64,000 nt of DNA. Source: Rubripirellula sp. (lineage in GTDB: Bacteria > Planctomycetota > Planctomycetia > Pirellulales > Pirellulaceae). The position numbers and the translations under genes were made by a program. Shown piece after piece: positions 37,832-46,651 of the stretch; position 1 is the stretch's first letter; each line of letters opens with the position of its first letter. Under the pieces are notes generated by a model. The model worked only from the letters and a program-made list of their open reading frames with translations, was not told the origin of the DNA and made no database searches. The DNA is taken from positions 5,952,001 through 6,016,000 of the forward strand of contig OZ244207.1 in assembly GCA_965216875.1 (NCBI GenBank), in the 5' to 3' direction.

Positions 37832-39150
37832 TGTCTGAGTGGGACTGGTCTCTCGACGGTTGGATCGTTGCCGCGGGCGTACTGTGCGCCGTCTCCGCTG
37901 CGTTGCTTGGCAACTTCCTGGTCTTGCGTCGCATGAGCATGCTTGGGGATGCGATCACGCACGCGGTCTTGCCTGGCCTAGCGGTCGCATTCTTCATCAC
38001 CGAATCCCGAAGCAGCTTTCCGATGTTCTTGGGAGCGGTCCTCGTCGGTGTCCTCACAGCTCTTTTTACGGAATGGATTCGCCGCTACGGCCGCGTCGAT
38101 GAAGGCGCCTCGATGGGTGTCGTCTTCACTTCGCTCTTTGCGCTTGGCTTGGTCATGATCGTCCAAGCGGCAGATCATGTTCACCTTGACGCCGACTGCG
38201 TGCTCTATGGTGCCCTCGAACTCACGCCGATCGACATGTCAAGCTTCATGGGGCGTGATGTGCCGCGAGCCGTCCTAGTCTTGGGAGCGGTCACGATCAT
38301 CAATGCCCTGTTCGTCACGCTTTTTTTCAAAGAGTTGAAGATCAGCTCCTTTGATCCGTCACTGGCAACAACCACCGGCTTCAACGCCAATGTGATGCAC
38401 TACCTGTTGATGGTTTTGGTCGCCATCACTGCAGTCGCGAGTTTCGAAAGCGTCGGGAACATCTTGGTTGTCGCCATGTTCATCGCGCCACCCGCTGCCG
38501 CCTACATGCTGACCGATCGACTCGGTCATATGATCGTGATTAGCGTCATCCTGGCGGTCGTTTCGGCGGTCTTTGGACATGTTGCCGCGCTCGAAGTCCC
38601 CACCTGGTTCGGATTCGAAAGCACGACCACCTCAGGGATGATGGCCGTTGTCTCTGGTATTGTGCTGCTGATGTGTGTTTTGCTCGGACCGCGACACGGT
38701 ATTTTGACCCGCTTGGCGCGACGCAAATTCCTTTCGCTACGAATCCTTGCCGACGACATAGTTGCGTTGCTGTACCGTCTACAGGAACGCGATGGAATCG
38801 CCGACGCAGAAACCGCATCCGTTCAATCGACGCTGCTCGCAAGCCCTCTGCCGTTTCAGGTCGCGCTGCGGTGGTTGCGTCGGAATGACTTGATCGAAGC
38901 CGAGGACGGCTCGTTGCGGCTAACCAAAGACGGACAAAAAGTCGGCAAAGAACTTGTGCGTTCTCATCGACTTTGGGAACAGTACCTATCGTCCCATGCC
39001 CATATTGATCCGAGTCGATTGCATGACAAAGCGGAACGGTTCGAGCACTTTACCGATCGAAACCTGAGAGATGAATTGGATGCGGCAACGGACGGTCCTG
39101 GCGTTGACCCGCACGGCACAAAAATCCCGCCCGAAGAAAACGATTCCTAA
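37828..39150 (+). CDS. troD: metal ABC permease (TroD/ABC-3) fused to a C-terminal DtxR-like domain
   Basis: LRRMSMLGDAITHAVLPG, HVHLDADCVLYG and FESVG.ILVVAM permease motifs; C-terminal LT.DG......LVRSHRLWEQYL...LHDKAERFEH...DPHG..IP. Confidence 0.9.
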   Translation: MMSEWDWSLDGWIVAAGVLCAVSAALLGNFLVLRRMSMLGDAITHAVLPGLAVAFFITESRSSFPMFLGAVLVGVLTALFTEWIRRYGRVDEGASMGVVFTSLFALGLVMIVQAADHVHLDADCVLYGALELTPIDMSSFMGRDVPRAVLVLGAVTIINALFVTLFFKELKISSFDPSLATTTGFNANVMHYLLMVLVAITAVASFESVGNILVVAMFIAPPAAAYMLTDRLGHMIVISVILAVVSAVFGHVAALEVPTWFGFESTTTSGMMAVVSGIVLLMCVLLGPRHGILTRLARRKFLSLRILADDIVALLYRLQERDGIADAETASVQSTLLASPLPFQVALRWLRRNDLIEAEDGSLRLTKDGQKVGKELVRSHRLWEQYLSSHAHIDPSRLHDKAERFEHFTDRNLRDELDAATDGPGVDPHGTKIPPEENDS

Positions 39151-39162
39151 GGTGCTCGTCCC

Positions 39163-39525
39163 ATGAGAACTGTCGCCATCATTGGTGCAAGCGAGAAACC
39201 CGAGCGTGCATCGAACTCAGCATGTCGCCTGCTGATCGAACACGGGCATGCAGCGATTGCCATTTCGCCTCATGGTCGCGACATCCATGGTGCACAAGGG
39301 GCAACCTCCTACGCCGATCTTGAGCAACCGATTGACACCGTCACCCTTTACATCGGCCCGGCGCGTCAGTCCGACATCATTGATCAACTCATCGCCGCAC
39401 CCCCAAAGCGTGTCATCTTTAATCCAGGCACGGAATCCGATGAGAGCCAATCGCGACTTGAGGATGCGAACATCGAAGTCATTGTCGCCTGCACGTTGGT
39501 GATGCTGCAGTTGAATCAATTCTGA
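39163..39525 (+). CDS. CoA-binding protein (YccU-like)
   Basis: TVAIIGAS.KPER.S, IDTVTLY.GP, P.RVIFNPGTE and ACTLVML motifs; probably co-transcribed with the tro operon. Confidence 0.88.
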   Translation: MRTVAIIGASEKPERASNSACRLLIEHGHAAIAISPHGRDIHGAQGATSYADLEQPIDTVTLYIGPARQSDIIDQLIAAPPKRVIFNPGTESDESQSRLEDANIEVIVACTLVMLQLNQF

Positions 39526-39561
39526 AACTCGGTGTGCCACTCAAAGAAGCTGGAGTTCTTT

Positions 39562-39688
39562 GTGAGCCGAACGCGCTAGCGTCGGGCCCTGCTTGGAACG
39601 TAGCTACGCTCGCCAGAGCGTGGTGATTGTGGCTATCGGTCAACCGATGGGAACCACCTTCTGGCGAAGGTAGCTACAGCGTCGGGCC
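39562..39688. repeat. REP family B inverted doublet nested in a family-C element
   Basis: gtagctacgctcgccagagcgtgg (39600-39623) and inverted ccaccttctggcgaaggtagctac (39654-39677); agcgtcgggcc repeated at 39578 and 39678. Confidence 0.85.
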
Positions 39689-39828
39689 TTTCTGGACGTC
39701 TTGCCGCACACCAAGGTCATGCCGGATTTCAATTAGTAAATCTGCGAGTTTGGGCGAAGAGCTCGCGTCAAACGGGCTCTGGTTTCCTTGGACCCCAAAG
39801 AACACGCCCCAGCGGAACGACTCCTATC

Positions 39829-40530
39829 ATGACCGACTCGCGCAGCATCAAAAAACCTCTTCTGTATGCGTTGATCGCCTCGGTGATCCTCGGTGCCACC
39901 CTCGGGATCATTTTCGTGCTTCGCAACACTTGGGGTTGGTTCGAAGTTCGCGTGATGCTGACGACCATGATCATCGCAGTGGCCAGTCTTTGCGGGCTTG
40001 CCTGTGACCTTTCCAAGATCCCCTCAGGACTCAACCTGCTTCCGCGAGCCGGGCTCGCTTTGACGGCGATCACATCCTGTCTCTTCCTGGTCGGGATCTG
40101 GATCGAAATTGACAGCGAGTTCTACTGGAGAGGATCGGCGACGCTTTGCACCTTTGCGTTAGCCACCGTGCACGTCAGCCTGCTTTCGATCGCGCGACTT
40201 GTTGGCAAATTCCGCTGGGTCTCGTTCATTGGCAACCAAATTGTCTACGGACTGGCAGTGCTTGTTTCAATCACCATCCTTGGCGAGGTCGACTCGGGCG
40301 CGATGTGGCGTTTTATCGCAGCGCTCTCGATCGTCGTCGCAGCGATCACGCTGGTGATCCCGATCCTATACCGCATCGGCCGAATTGACTCGAGCAGCCC
40401 CGAAACAATGATGCCACTCGAACAGCGAAACGTTGCGTCGATTGATGAAGAGATCGTACGCCTCAAGGAACAAATCGTGAGGCTCGAAGAACTCAAGGCC
40501 AGGCTCTTGTCCCCTTCCGCCACTGGCTAG
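39829..40530 (+). CDS. hypothetical integral membrane protein (about 6 TM) with C-terminal coiled coil
   Basis: Six hydrophobic segments and an IDEEIVRLKEQIVRLEELK heptad tail. Confidence 0.75.
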   Translation: MTDSRSIKKPLLYALIASVILGATLGIIFVLRNTWGWFEVRVMLTTMIIAVASLCGLACDLSKIPSGLNLLPRAGLALTAITSCLFLVGIWIEIDSEFYWRGSATLCTFALATVHVSLLSIARLVGKFRWVSFIGNQIVYGLAVLVSITILGEVDSGAMWRFIAALSIVVAAITLVIPILYRIGRIDSSSPETMMPLEQRNVASIDEEIVRLKEQIVRLEELKARLLSPSATG

Positions 40531-40704
40531 CACACCTTGGGCGCTGATTTGATGACAAGCGTTCACGATACGCTGCACACACGAACAGCCCTAAACAACG
40601 GAGCATCCGGAGACAAAACGGTTCAGCAGAGAATTCGCCCACTCTTCTATGGTAGGCCGAGGTTGCCGTCGTTAGGATGCAAATGCATCTACGTTGAACC
40701 CTCC

Positions 40705-43700
40705 ATGAATCAGGCTGAGCCAATGATGGCGCCCTCCCGCTTTCCGACTGCAAACCGTCTGCGCCTCGAAAGACTCGAGCGCCGAGACCTTCTCGCCTCC
40801 GACCTTCTCGCCTCCGACCTGCTCGGCTCCGATTTGACCGCCGCGGCATCAATCGACGTGCTCGACACGGACTCATCACGTTTGGCACAAATCATCGGCA
40901 AGTATTCGACACAAACGCACGGGAACCGAACTAGCCTCATCGCTCCATCGTCCGGCTCCCTAGATGCAAAGAGTATTCCGATCCTGCAAGGTGACATGAG
41001 CGACCCGGCGGCCACCGGCGTCGAATTGCTCAAAGCGGTCGATCCAGGAAACGAATACCAACTCGTCGAAGTCAAACATGGGCTCGCAAGCAGTCACGCC
41101 CGGTTCGAACAGGTCGCTGGCGGAATCGCCGTGCACGGATCATCCGCTTCGGTTCATCTCGGCCCTGATGGCGCAGTGCAAACTTTGCACATTGATTCCT
41201 ACCAATCGCCAACCATCGCCAAGACACTGCCACTTGGAATCAGTTTCGGATCAGCAGCAGCCGCAGCATCGTCGTCGATTGGAATCACGCAGTCGGCCGA
41301 TTCCGCCTCGGGCGAGCTCGTTTGGCATCCAACGTCTAATGGCGAAACGGTCTTGGCGTGGAAGACGACGATTCGCTCGATCGATCCGATCGGCGATTTC
41401 GAGACCATCGTCGACGCTGACTCGGGTAAGGTTTTGGCGACGGACAACTTGGCTGTGTTTGCCTCAGGCACGGGCGATGTCTTTGAACCCAATCCGTACC
41501 AAACCAAGGGAAGTGGTACGGGCTTGGCCGACAACAACGATGCCAACAGCGCAGCACTCGATGCCGAACTGATTTCAGTCACGCTCCAGCGACTCGACCC
41601 GGGCACCGGACTGCTAAGGGGTGAATGGGTTGACTTGTCGACGCTCAACAGCCCGACGCTGCCGGATGTGGATGCCAATGAACCGACGCGCGTATACCAG
41701 TACACACGAGACGACCCTCGATTCGAACAAGTGATGATTTATCACGCGATCGATTCGATCCAGGAATACATTCACTCACTGGGATTCGACGACGACACGG
41801 GTATTCCAAACGGCATTCGCGATTTCCCAACGCTTGCTAACGCGCATTGGTTCAATGACGACCAATCGTTCTATTCAACCGGTAACGATGCGGTCCATTT
41901 CGGCGACGGCGGGGTCGATGATGGTGAAGACGCAGACATCATTGCTCATGAATATGGCCACGCTATCCAGCATGACCAAAATGCCAACTGGGGTGGCATC
42001 GAGATGGACGCGATGGGTGAAGGCTATAGCGACTATCTGGCCGCAAGCTTCTATGCAAGCGACGGCGACGCGACCTATCAATCGAGCCACGATGCCTGTG
42101 TTGGCGAATGGGATGCGACCTCTTATAGCGGCACCACACCGCCCTGCTTGCGACGAGTCGATGGCAACAAGATGTATCCTGACGATCTGGTCGGACAAGT
42201 CCATGCCGATGGAGAAATCTGGTCGGCGGCGCTTTGGAACCTTCGGGCTGCAATTGGATCCTTTACAACCGACCAACTGTTGCTCGAACATCACTTCGCT
42301 CTGCCGGCAAACGCAACGATGCCCGAAGCGGCGCAGGCAATGCTGACCGCTGACGCCAACCTCAACGGCGGAGCGAACGCTGCCGAAATCCTGCAAGCCT
42401 TTTCCGACCGAGGGATCCTAGCAAACCCGGCCGGGAGTGTGGAATTCAACAACGCGGCCTACGCAATCGGCGACACGGTCACGATCAATCTTTCCGACAG
42501 TGATCTTGCCGGTGCGGGCACGGCAACGGTGGTCGTGACGTCCGATTCGGGCGATTCCGAATCGGTCGCACTGACCGAAACGAACGCTGGCGAGTTTTCT
42601 GGTTCCATTGTCATCTCCGGCAACACCCCGGTGCTCGGCAACGGAAGCATCGAAGCAGTCGCGGGAGACCAAATCATGGTCTCCTACAATGATGCGGACG
42701 ACGGAAGCGGTAGTCCCGCGGTTGCCACCGACACGGCTGACGTTGCCGCCTTTGTCAATTTGTTTGAAGCCGACTTTACGGATGACTTGGGCGCCGCGTT
42801 CGACGAAGGATTCACCCTTTCCGGCCCAGCCAACGAGTGGCATTTATCGACCGGTCGTGCCAACGACTCGGGACACTCACCTGACGACAGTTTCTACTTT
42901 GGCAGTGGCGAAGGTCCCTTTGGCGGAGGCAGTCACAACAACAACTCGGACGGTACGCTCACATCACCCCTGATCGATCTTTCAACGGCGACCACAGCCG
43001 AATTCTCCTTCAACCACCTCCTCGACTCGGAATCGGGTTTCGACTTTGCCTCGGTGAGTGTGATTCAAGGCGCATCGACAACCGTACTCGCTTCGAGCCA
43101 AGATGGTAGCTTACCGTTTAGCACGAACGGATTCGAATCGCAGACATTGAGTTTGTCGCCGTTCATTGGCCAAACCATCCAACTCGCGTTTCGCTTTACC
43201 TCTGACGTGAGTGTGACCAACGAAGGCTGGTACATCGATGACGTGATCGTGCGTGGCGTCGTCCCAAACGTCCAGTTGACTGAGGTTTTTGTTGCTGATT
43301 TTTCGGACGAGCAAAACGATCCGTTTGACGAAGGCTTCACCCTATCTGGCCCATCGAATGAGTGGCATTTGTCGACGGGGCGCGGGAATGACCCGGGGCA
43401 CACATCCGATGACAGTTTCTACTTCGGCTCTGGCGAGGGACCAACCGGCGGTGGCACACACGGAAATCTTTCCGACGGCACAATCACATCACCCTTGATC
43501 GATTTGACAGAGGCAACCACTGCTTTCTTGTCCTTCAATCACTGGCTGCAGTCGGAGCAGAACTTTGATTTCGCCATGGTGAACGTCATTGCGAATTCAA
43601 CAACAACACTGCTTGCCACCACGAACGACCTTTCGCTTCCTATCGCAACCTCTGGATTTGAATCCGCGGTATTCAACCTTTCTGATTTCGCCGGACAAGA

Positions 43701-44343
43701 AATCCAAATTGCGTTTCAGTTTACTTCCGACGTAAGCGTGGTAAACGAAGGTTGGTATGTCGATGATGTTGTCGTAAGGGCAGATGTTCCTGAGGAAAAC
43801 TCCTTCGTGGAAAGCGTGTCGATCAATGGCGGTGAAGCACAGCGTTCGACGCTTACGGAGATCGCTGTATCGTTTGACCGAGAAGTGACCGCTCCCGCAG
43901 CTGCATTCTCGGTGGTCGATCGCGACACGTTGCTTGTGGTGGACAGTCTGGTCGTCAATACATCGGTCGATGATGGCAAAACGGTCGCCACCCTAACCTT
44001 CGCTCCGGGAACTTCCGTACAAACGCGTACCATCGGCGATCACTCGCTCCTCGACGGCAAGTATCGACTCGACATCGATGGTGCGATGATCACTGAAGCT
44101 GGCAGTGGAACACCGATGGGTGATGATTATCAGTTCGGCAACGGTGACCTCGACAACTTCTTCCGCAAGTATGGCGATGCCAATGGAAACGGATTGGTTG
44201 AGTTGTTCGACTTTGCTCAGTTCCGCGGCACGTACAACAAAGCTCCGACCGATCCCGACTTCATCGAACCGCTCGACAACGATGGCAACGGCGCCATCAA
44301 CCTGTTCGACTTCGCTCTCTTCCGGTCAGGTTTCGGCAGCTAA
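40705..44343 (+). CDS. secreted M36/M4-like zinc metalloprotease with planctomycete extracellular signal, propeptide, two jelly-roll repeats and a dockerin-like C-terminus
   Basis: RLRLERLERRDLLA motif; HEYGH (41947-41961) with downstream EGYSD and VHADGEIWS; two ~170-aa repeats ending GWY(I/V)DDV; GDANGNG.V..FDF..FR EF-hand-like pair. Start uncertain (40705, 40723 or 40726). Confidence 0.85.
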   Translation: MNQAEPMMAPSRFPTANRLRLERLERRDLLASDLLASDLLGSDLTAAASIDVLDTDSSRLAQIIGKYSTQTHGNRTSLIAPSSGSLDAKSIPILQGDMSDPAATGVELLKAVDPGNEYQLVEVKHGLASSHARFEQVAGGIAVHGSSASVHLGPDGAVQTLHIDSYQSPTIAKTLPLGISFGSAAAAASSSIGITQSADSASGELVWHPTSNGETVLAWKTTIRSIDPIGDFETIVDADSGKVLATDNLAVFASGTGDVFEPNPYQTKGSGTGLADNNDANSAALDAELISVTLQRLDPGTGLLRGEWVDLSTLNSPTLPDVDANEPTRVYQYTRDDPRFEQVMIYHAIDSIQEYIHSLGFDDDTGIPNGIRDFPTLANAHWFNDDQSFYSTGNDAVHFGDGGVDDGEDADIIAHEYGHAIQHDQNANWGGIEMDAMGEGYSDYLAASFYASDGDATYQSSHDACVGEWDATSYSGTTPPCLRRVDGNKMYPDDLVGQVHADGEIWSAALWNLRAAIGSFTTDQLLLEHHFALPANATMPEAAQAMLTADANLNGGANAAEILQAFSDRGILANPAGSVEFNNAAYAIGDTVTINLSDSDLAGAGTATVVVTSDSGDSESVALTETNAGEFSGSIVISGNTPVLGNGSIEAVAGDQIMVSYNDADDGSGSPAVATDTADVAAFVNLFEADFTDDLGAAFDEGFTLSGPANEWHLSTGRANDSGHSPDDSFYFGSGEGPFGGGSHNNNSDGTLTSPLIDLSTATTAEFSFNHLLDSESGFDFASVSVIQGASTTVLASSQDGSLPFSTNGFESQTLSLSPFIGQTIQLAFRFTSDVSVTNEGWYIDDVIVRGVVPNVQLTEVFVADFSDEQNDPFDEGFTLSGPSNEWHLSTGRGNDPGHTSDDSFYFGSGEGPTGGGTHGNLSDGTITSPLIDLTEATTAFLSFNHWLQSEQNFDFAMVNVIANSTTTLLATTNDLSLPIATSGFESAVFNLSDFAGQEIQIAFQFTSDVSVVNEGWYVDDVVVRADVPEENSFVESVSINGGEAQRSTLTEIAVSFDREVTAPAAAFSVVDRDTLLVVDSLVVNTSVDDGKTVATLTFAPGTSVQTRTIGDHSLLDGKYRLDIDGAMITEAGSGTPMGDDYQFGNGDLDNFFRKYGDANGNGLVELFDFAQFRGTYNKAPTDPDFIEPLDNDGNGAINLFDFALFRSGFGS
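40786..40830 (+). repeat. 15-bp coding tandem repeat (DLLAS x3)
   Basis: gaccttctcgcctcc twice exactly, then gacctgctcggctcc. Confidence 0.85.
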
Positions 44344-44347
44344 TCGC

Positions 44348-46423
44348 CTAGGACTTGAGTGACTCGATCAGCCGCTGTCGGTGGATCGCATAGCCATCCG
44401 CGTAAGCGTTCGAGAATTCGTCGGCTGACACCGCCACCGGCTTGTCCTCATTCATTCGCACCAATAGCCTCTGCACAACGTCGGCGTCGTCCTCGGTGGT
44501 TAACCATGTCTCCGCAAAACCCTTGACGAGTTCGTTGAGTTGACGTGGCTGGTTGGTTGCGATTTCGAAGTTGTCGCCCGGATACATCCGAACCGTACGG
44601 CAATACATACGACCACCAACCTGTTCGATCATGCCATAGAGATCGCGAAAGGGTTGAACGTACCCTTCGACAAAGTGGTCATCGCCGATCCGAAACTGCC
44701 CAGCTGGTTTATAGGCAGCACTCGTAAAAGCTGCGGCGGCCGCGGAGTGGCGATCAGTATCTTGCCAAGCAATGGCATCAATCGGAATCAACTCAATGCT
44801 TTCGGGAAGTTGAAGCACTGATTCCAAGTCGAGCGAGTACCCATCGAACTTGGCGTTCGGATCGCCGCGATCAGCCTCGTCGAGTCCGCTCCACCTCTGC
44901 GCAAGGCTTTGCATCTTTTCACTAATGCGTTTGCCTGCGGCGTTTCGGCGTCGGTGTTCGTGATCGGTATGCGCCCATGCCTTCGTTTCATCCTCTTCAC
45001 TGAGTCGTCCTTGATCGCGCGCTGACTCGATCAATTGGTCGATCGCTTCGAAAACACCCCGTTGCTGCTCGGCATACTCCGAGCCCACGTTTTCGCTTAG
45101 CTGGGCAAAGATCTCTTTCCGTCGCTCAAGCACGCCATTCAGACCGGAGGAATCAACGATTTCGTGCTGGATCAAATGACGCAGCAGCCATGCGACAGGT
45201 CCATGCACATTGCCGTGCAACACCGAATCGAAAACGGGCTGGGAGTGCTTTTCGTCGGTCAGGATCGAATTGAGGTCGGCTCCTTGTTCGACCAGTTTCC
45301 CCAACACTCGACGAAGATGAGCGACGGGCACATTCGCGCTCGTGAGCGCAATACTGATTGGCGACAAACACCCCAACCCGCCGGCGCTTGGATCGGCACC
45401 GCGCGAAAGCAGCGCGTCGACGATCTCTTCCATCGCATCTGCATCGCGATAGGGAAAATGCAGCAAGGTGTAGCCGAGCGGCGTGTGATTCGTTTCCGGA
45501 AGTTGACTCAGCGAAGCACCCTGATCGAGGGCTGACTTCACGCTTGTTGGGTCGGCCTCGTCAATCGCAATGGCCAAACGCTTGCTCGCATCAAGATCAG
45601 CGTGATCGTCGCGGGGACCCAATTCCAGCAAATCGATCCGTTCAATCCAAGCTGGCAAATCCAACTCGGCAACGACTGCGTAGAGTCCATCGTCGCTCGA
45701 GAATTCGATGTGAGGCACGTAGGCGTCGAGATCAATCAACAGCTGCTGAAGCGCCATCACGTGCGACGGTTGTTTTTCAAGCCAGTCGCTTGGATATCGA
45801 TCGGTCTCGAACTTCAAGAATTCATTTTCATCATCCTCGTCGTCCCAATCTTCTTCGTCGAGATCCTCACCATCGAGGTCGTCATCCCAATCTTCGTCTT
45901 CCCAATCCTCGCCGTTTAATTCCTCGTTGTCCTCTTCTTCCACGTCTTCATCGTCACCCACATCGCCGACAAAAGCGTCGTCCGAATAGAAGTGCAGGAC
46001 TTTGTTGCCCTGTTCGTAAACAGCAAGGTAGTTCACTCCGGCGCTATCAACGTGGCCTGTATTTAGCCACGGCGAACCCGCGTCGCCCGCCTTCGTTTCC
46101 GCCATCGTTTCGAACACCTCTCGATGGTTTGACGGAAGCACGATGGCCCATGGGGTCGATTTTGGAACGACGACCAATGCCCAAGATCCAAGAGGCGGTT
46201 GGAACGTGCCTTCAAACACCGCATCGGTAACTTCAGGCGTGATCCGAGCGACAAGCGGGTGCCCGCCGAGCGCGGTCTCAGTACTGTTGCTCTTCAAAGC
46301 AGCCTGGGTGTCTTTGCCAAGACGAACGGCCCAGAGCGACCACGTGTCACCCCAAGCCGTGTGTGTCCCACGACGCGCAGCCAGATCTCCCTCAACAGAC
46401 CGCAATTCGTCTCCATTCTTCAT
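44348..46423 (-). CDS. hypothetical protein with acidic D/E/W tract and ankyrin-like repeats
   Basis: TPLGYTL, IVDALLSRGADP and LVEQGADLN ankyrin-like motifs; ~45-aa acidic stretch. Confidence 0.7.
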   Translation of the reverse strand: MKNGDELRSVEGDLAARRGTHTAWGDTWSLWAVRLGKDTQAALKSNSTETALGGHPLVARITPEVTDAVFEGTFQPPLGSWALVVVPKSTPWAIVLPSNHREVFETMAETKAGDAGSPWLNTGHVDSAGVNYLAVYEQGNKVLHFYSDDAFVGDVGDDEDVEEEDNEELNGEDWEDEDWDDDLDGEDLDEEDWDDEDDENEFLKFETDRYPSDWLEKQPSHVMALQQLLIDLDAYVPHIEFSSDDGLYAVVAELDLPAWIERIDLLELGPRDDHADLDASKRLAIAIDEADPTSVKSALDQGASLSQLPETNHTPLGYTLLHFPYRDADAMEEIVDALLSRGADPSAGGLGCLSPISIALTSANVPVAHLRRVLGKLVEQGADLNSILTDEKHSQPVFDSVLHGNVHGPVAWLLRHLIQHEIVDSSGLNGVLERRKEIFAQLSENVGSEYAEQQRGVFEAIDQLIESARDQGRLSEEDETKAWAHTDHEHRRRNAAGKRISEKMQSLAQRWSGLDEADRGDPNAKFDGYSLDLESVLQLPESIELIPIDAIAWQDTDRHSAAAAAFTSAAYKPAGQFRIGDDHFVEGYVQPFRDLYGMIEQVGGRMYCRTVRMYPGDNFEIATNQPRQLNELVKGFAETWLTTEDDADVVQRLLVRMNEDKPVAVSADEFSNAYADGYAIHRQRLIESLKS

Positions 46424-46651
46424 TGGTCAGCCAAAGAAAGTAGGGGCAAGATGCAAAGAGCAAGGCAGAGGCGATGATCGTAGCCGATCGCGGCGCAACA
46501 CATGGCGTTAGATCGCCTACAGAAAGGCAAACAACCAAGAATGCATCAGCACCTTGGTGTCCATCAGTCAACTCAAGACACCACGGCCACTGATTGGTTG
46601 TTCACGCGAATGACCAACCAACTTGATTTGGTGAAAGCATGTTCAATTGCA

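Noticed and set aside
40537..40704. N-terminal extension of the protease from a TTG start
   Set aside because: The export motif would lie too far from the start; a downstream ATG is more plausible.
46594..46621. Hairpin ttggttgttca/tgaccaaccaa as a terminator
   Set aside because: A stem is present but there is no U tract on either strand; function unsupported.
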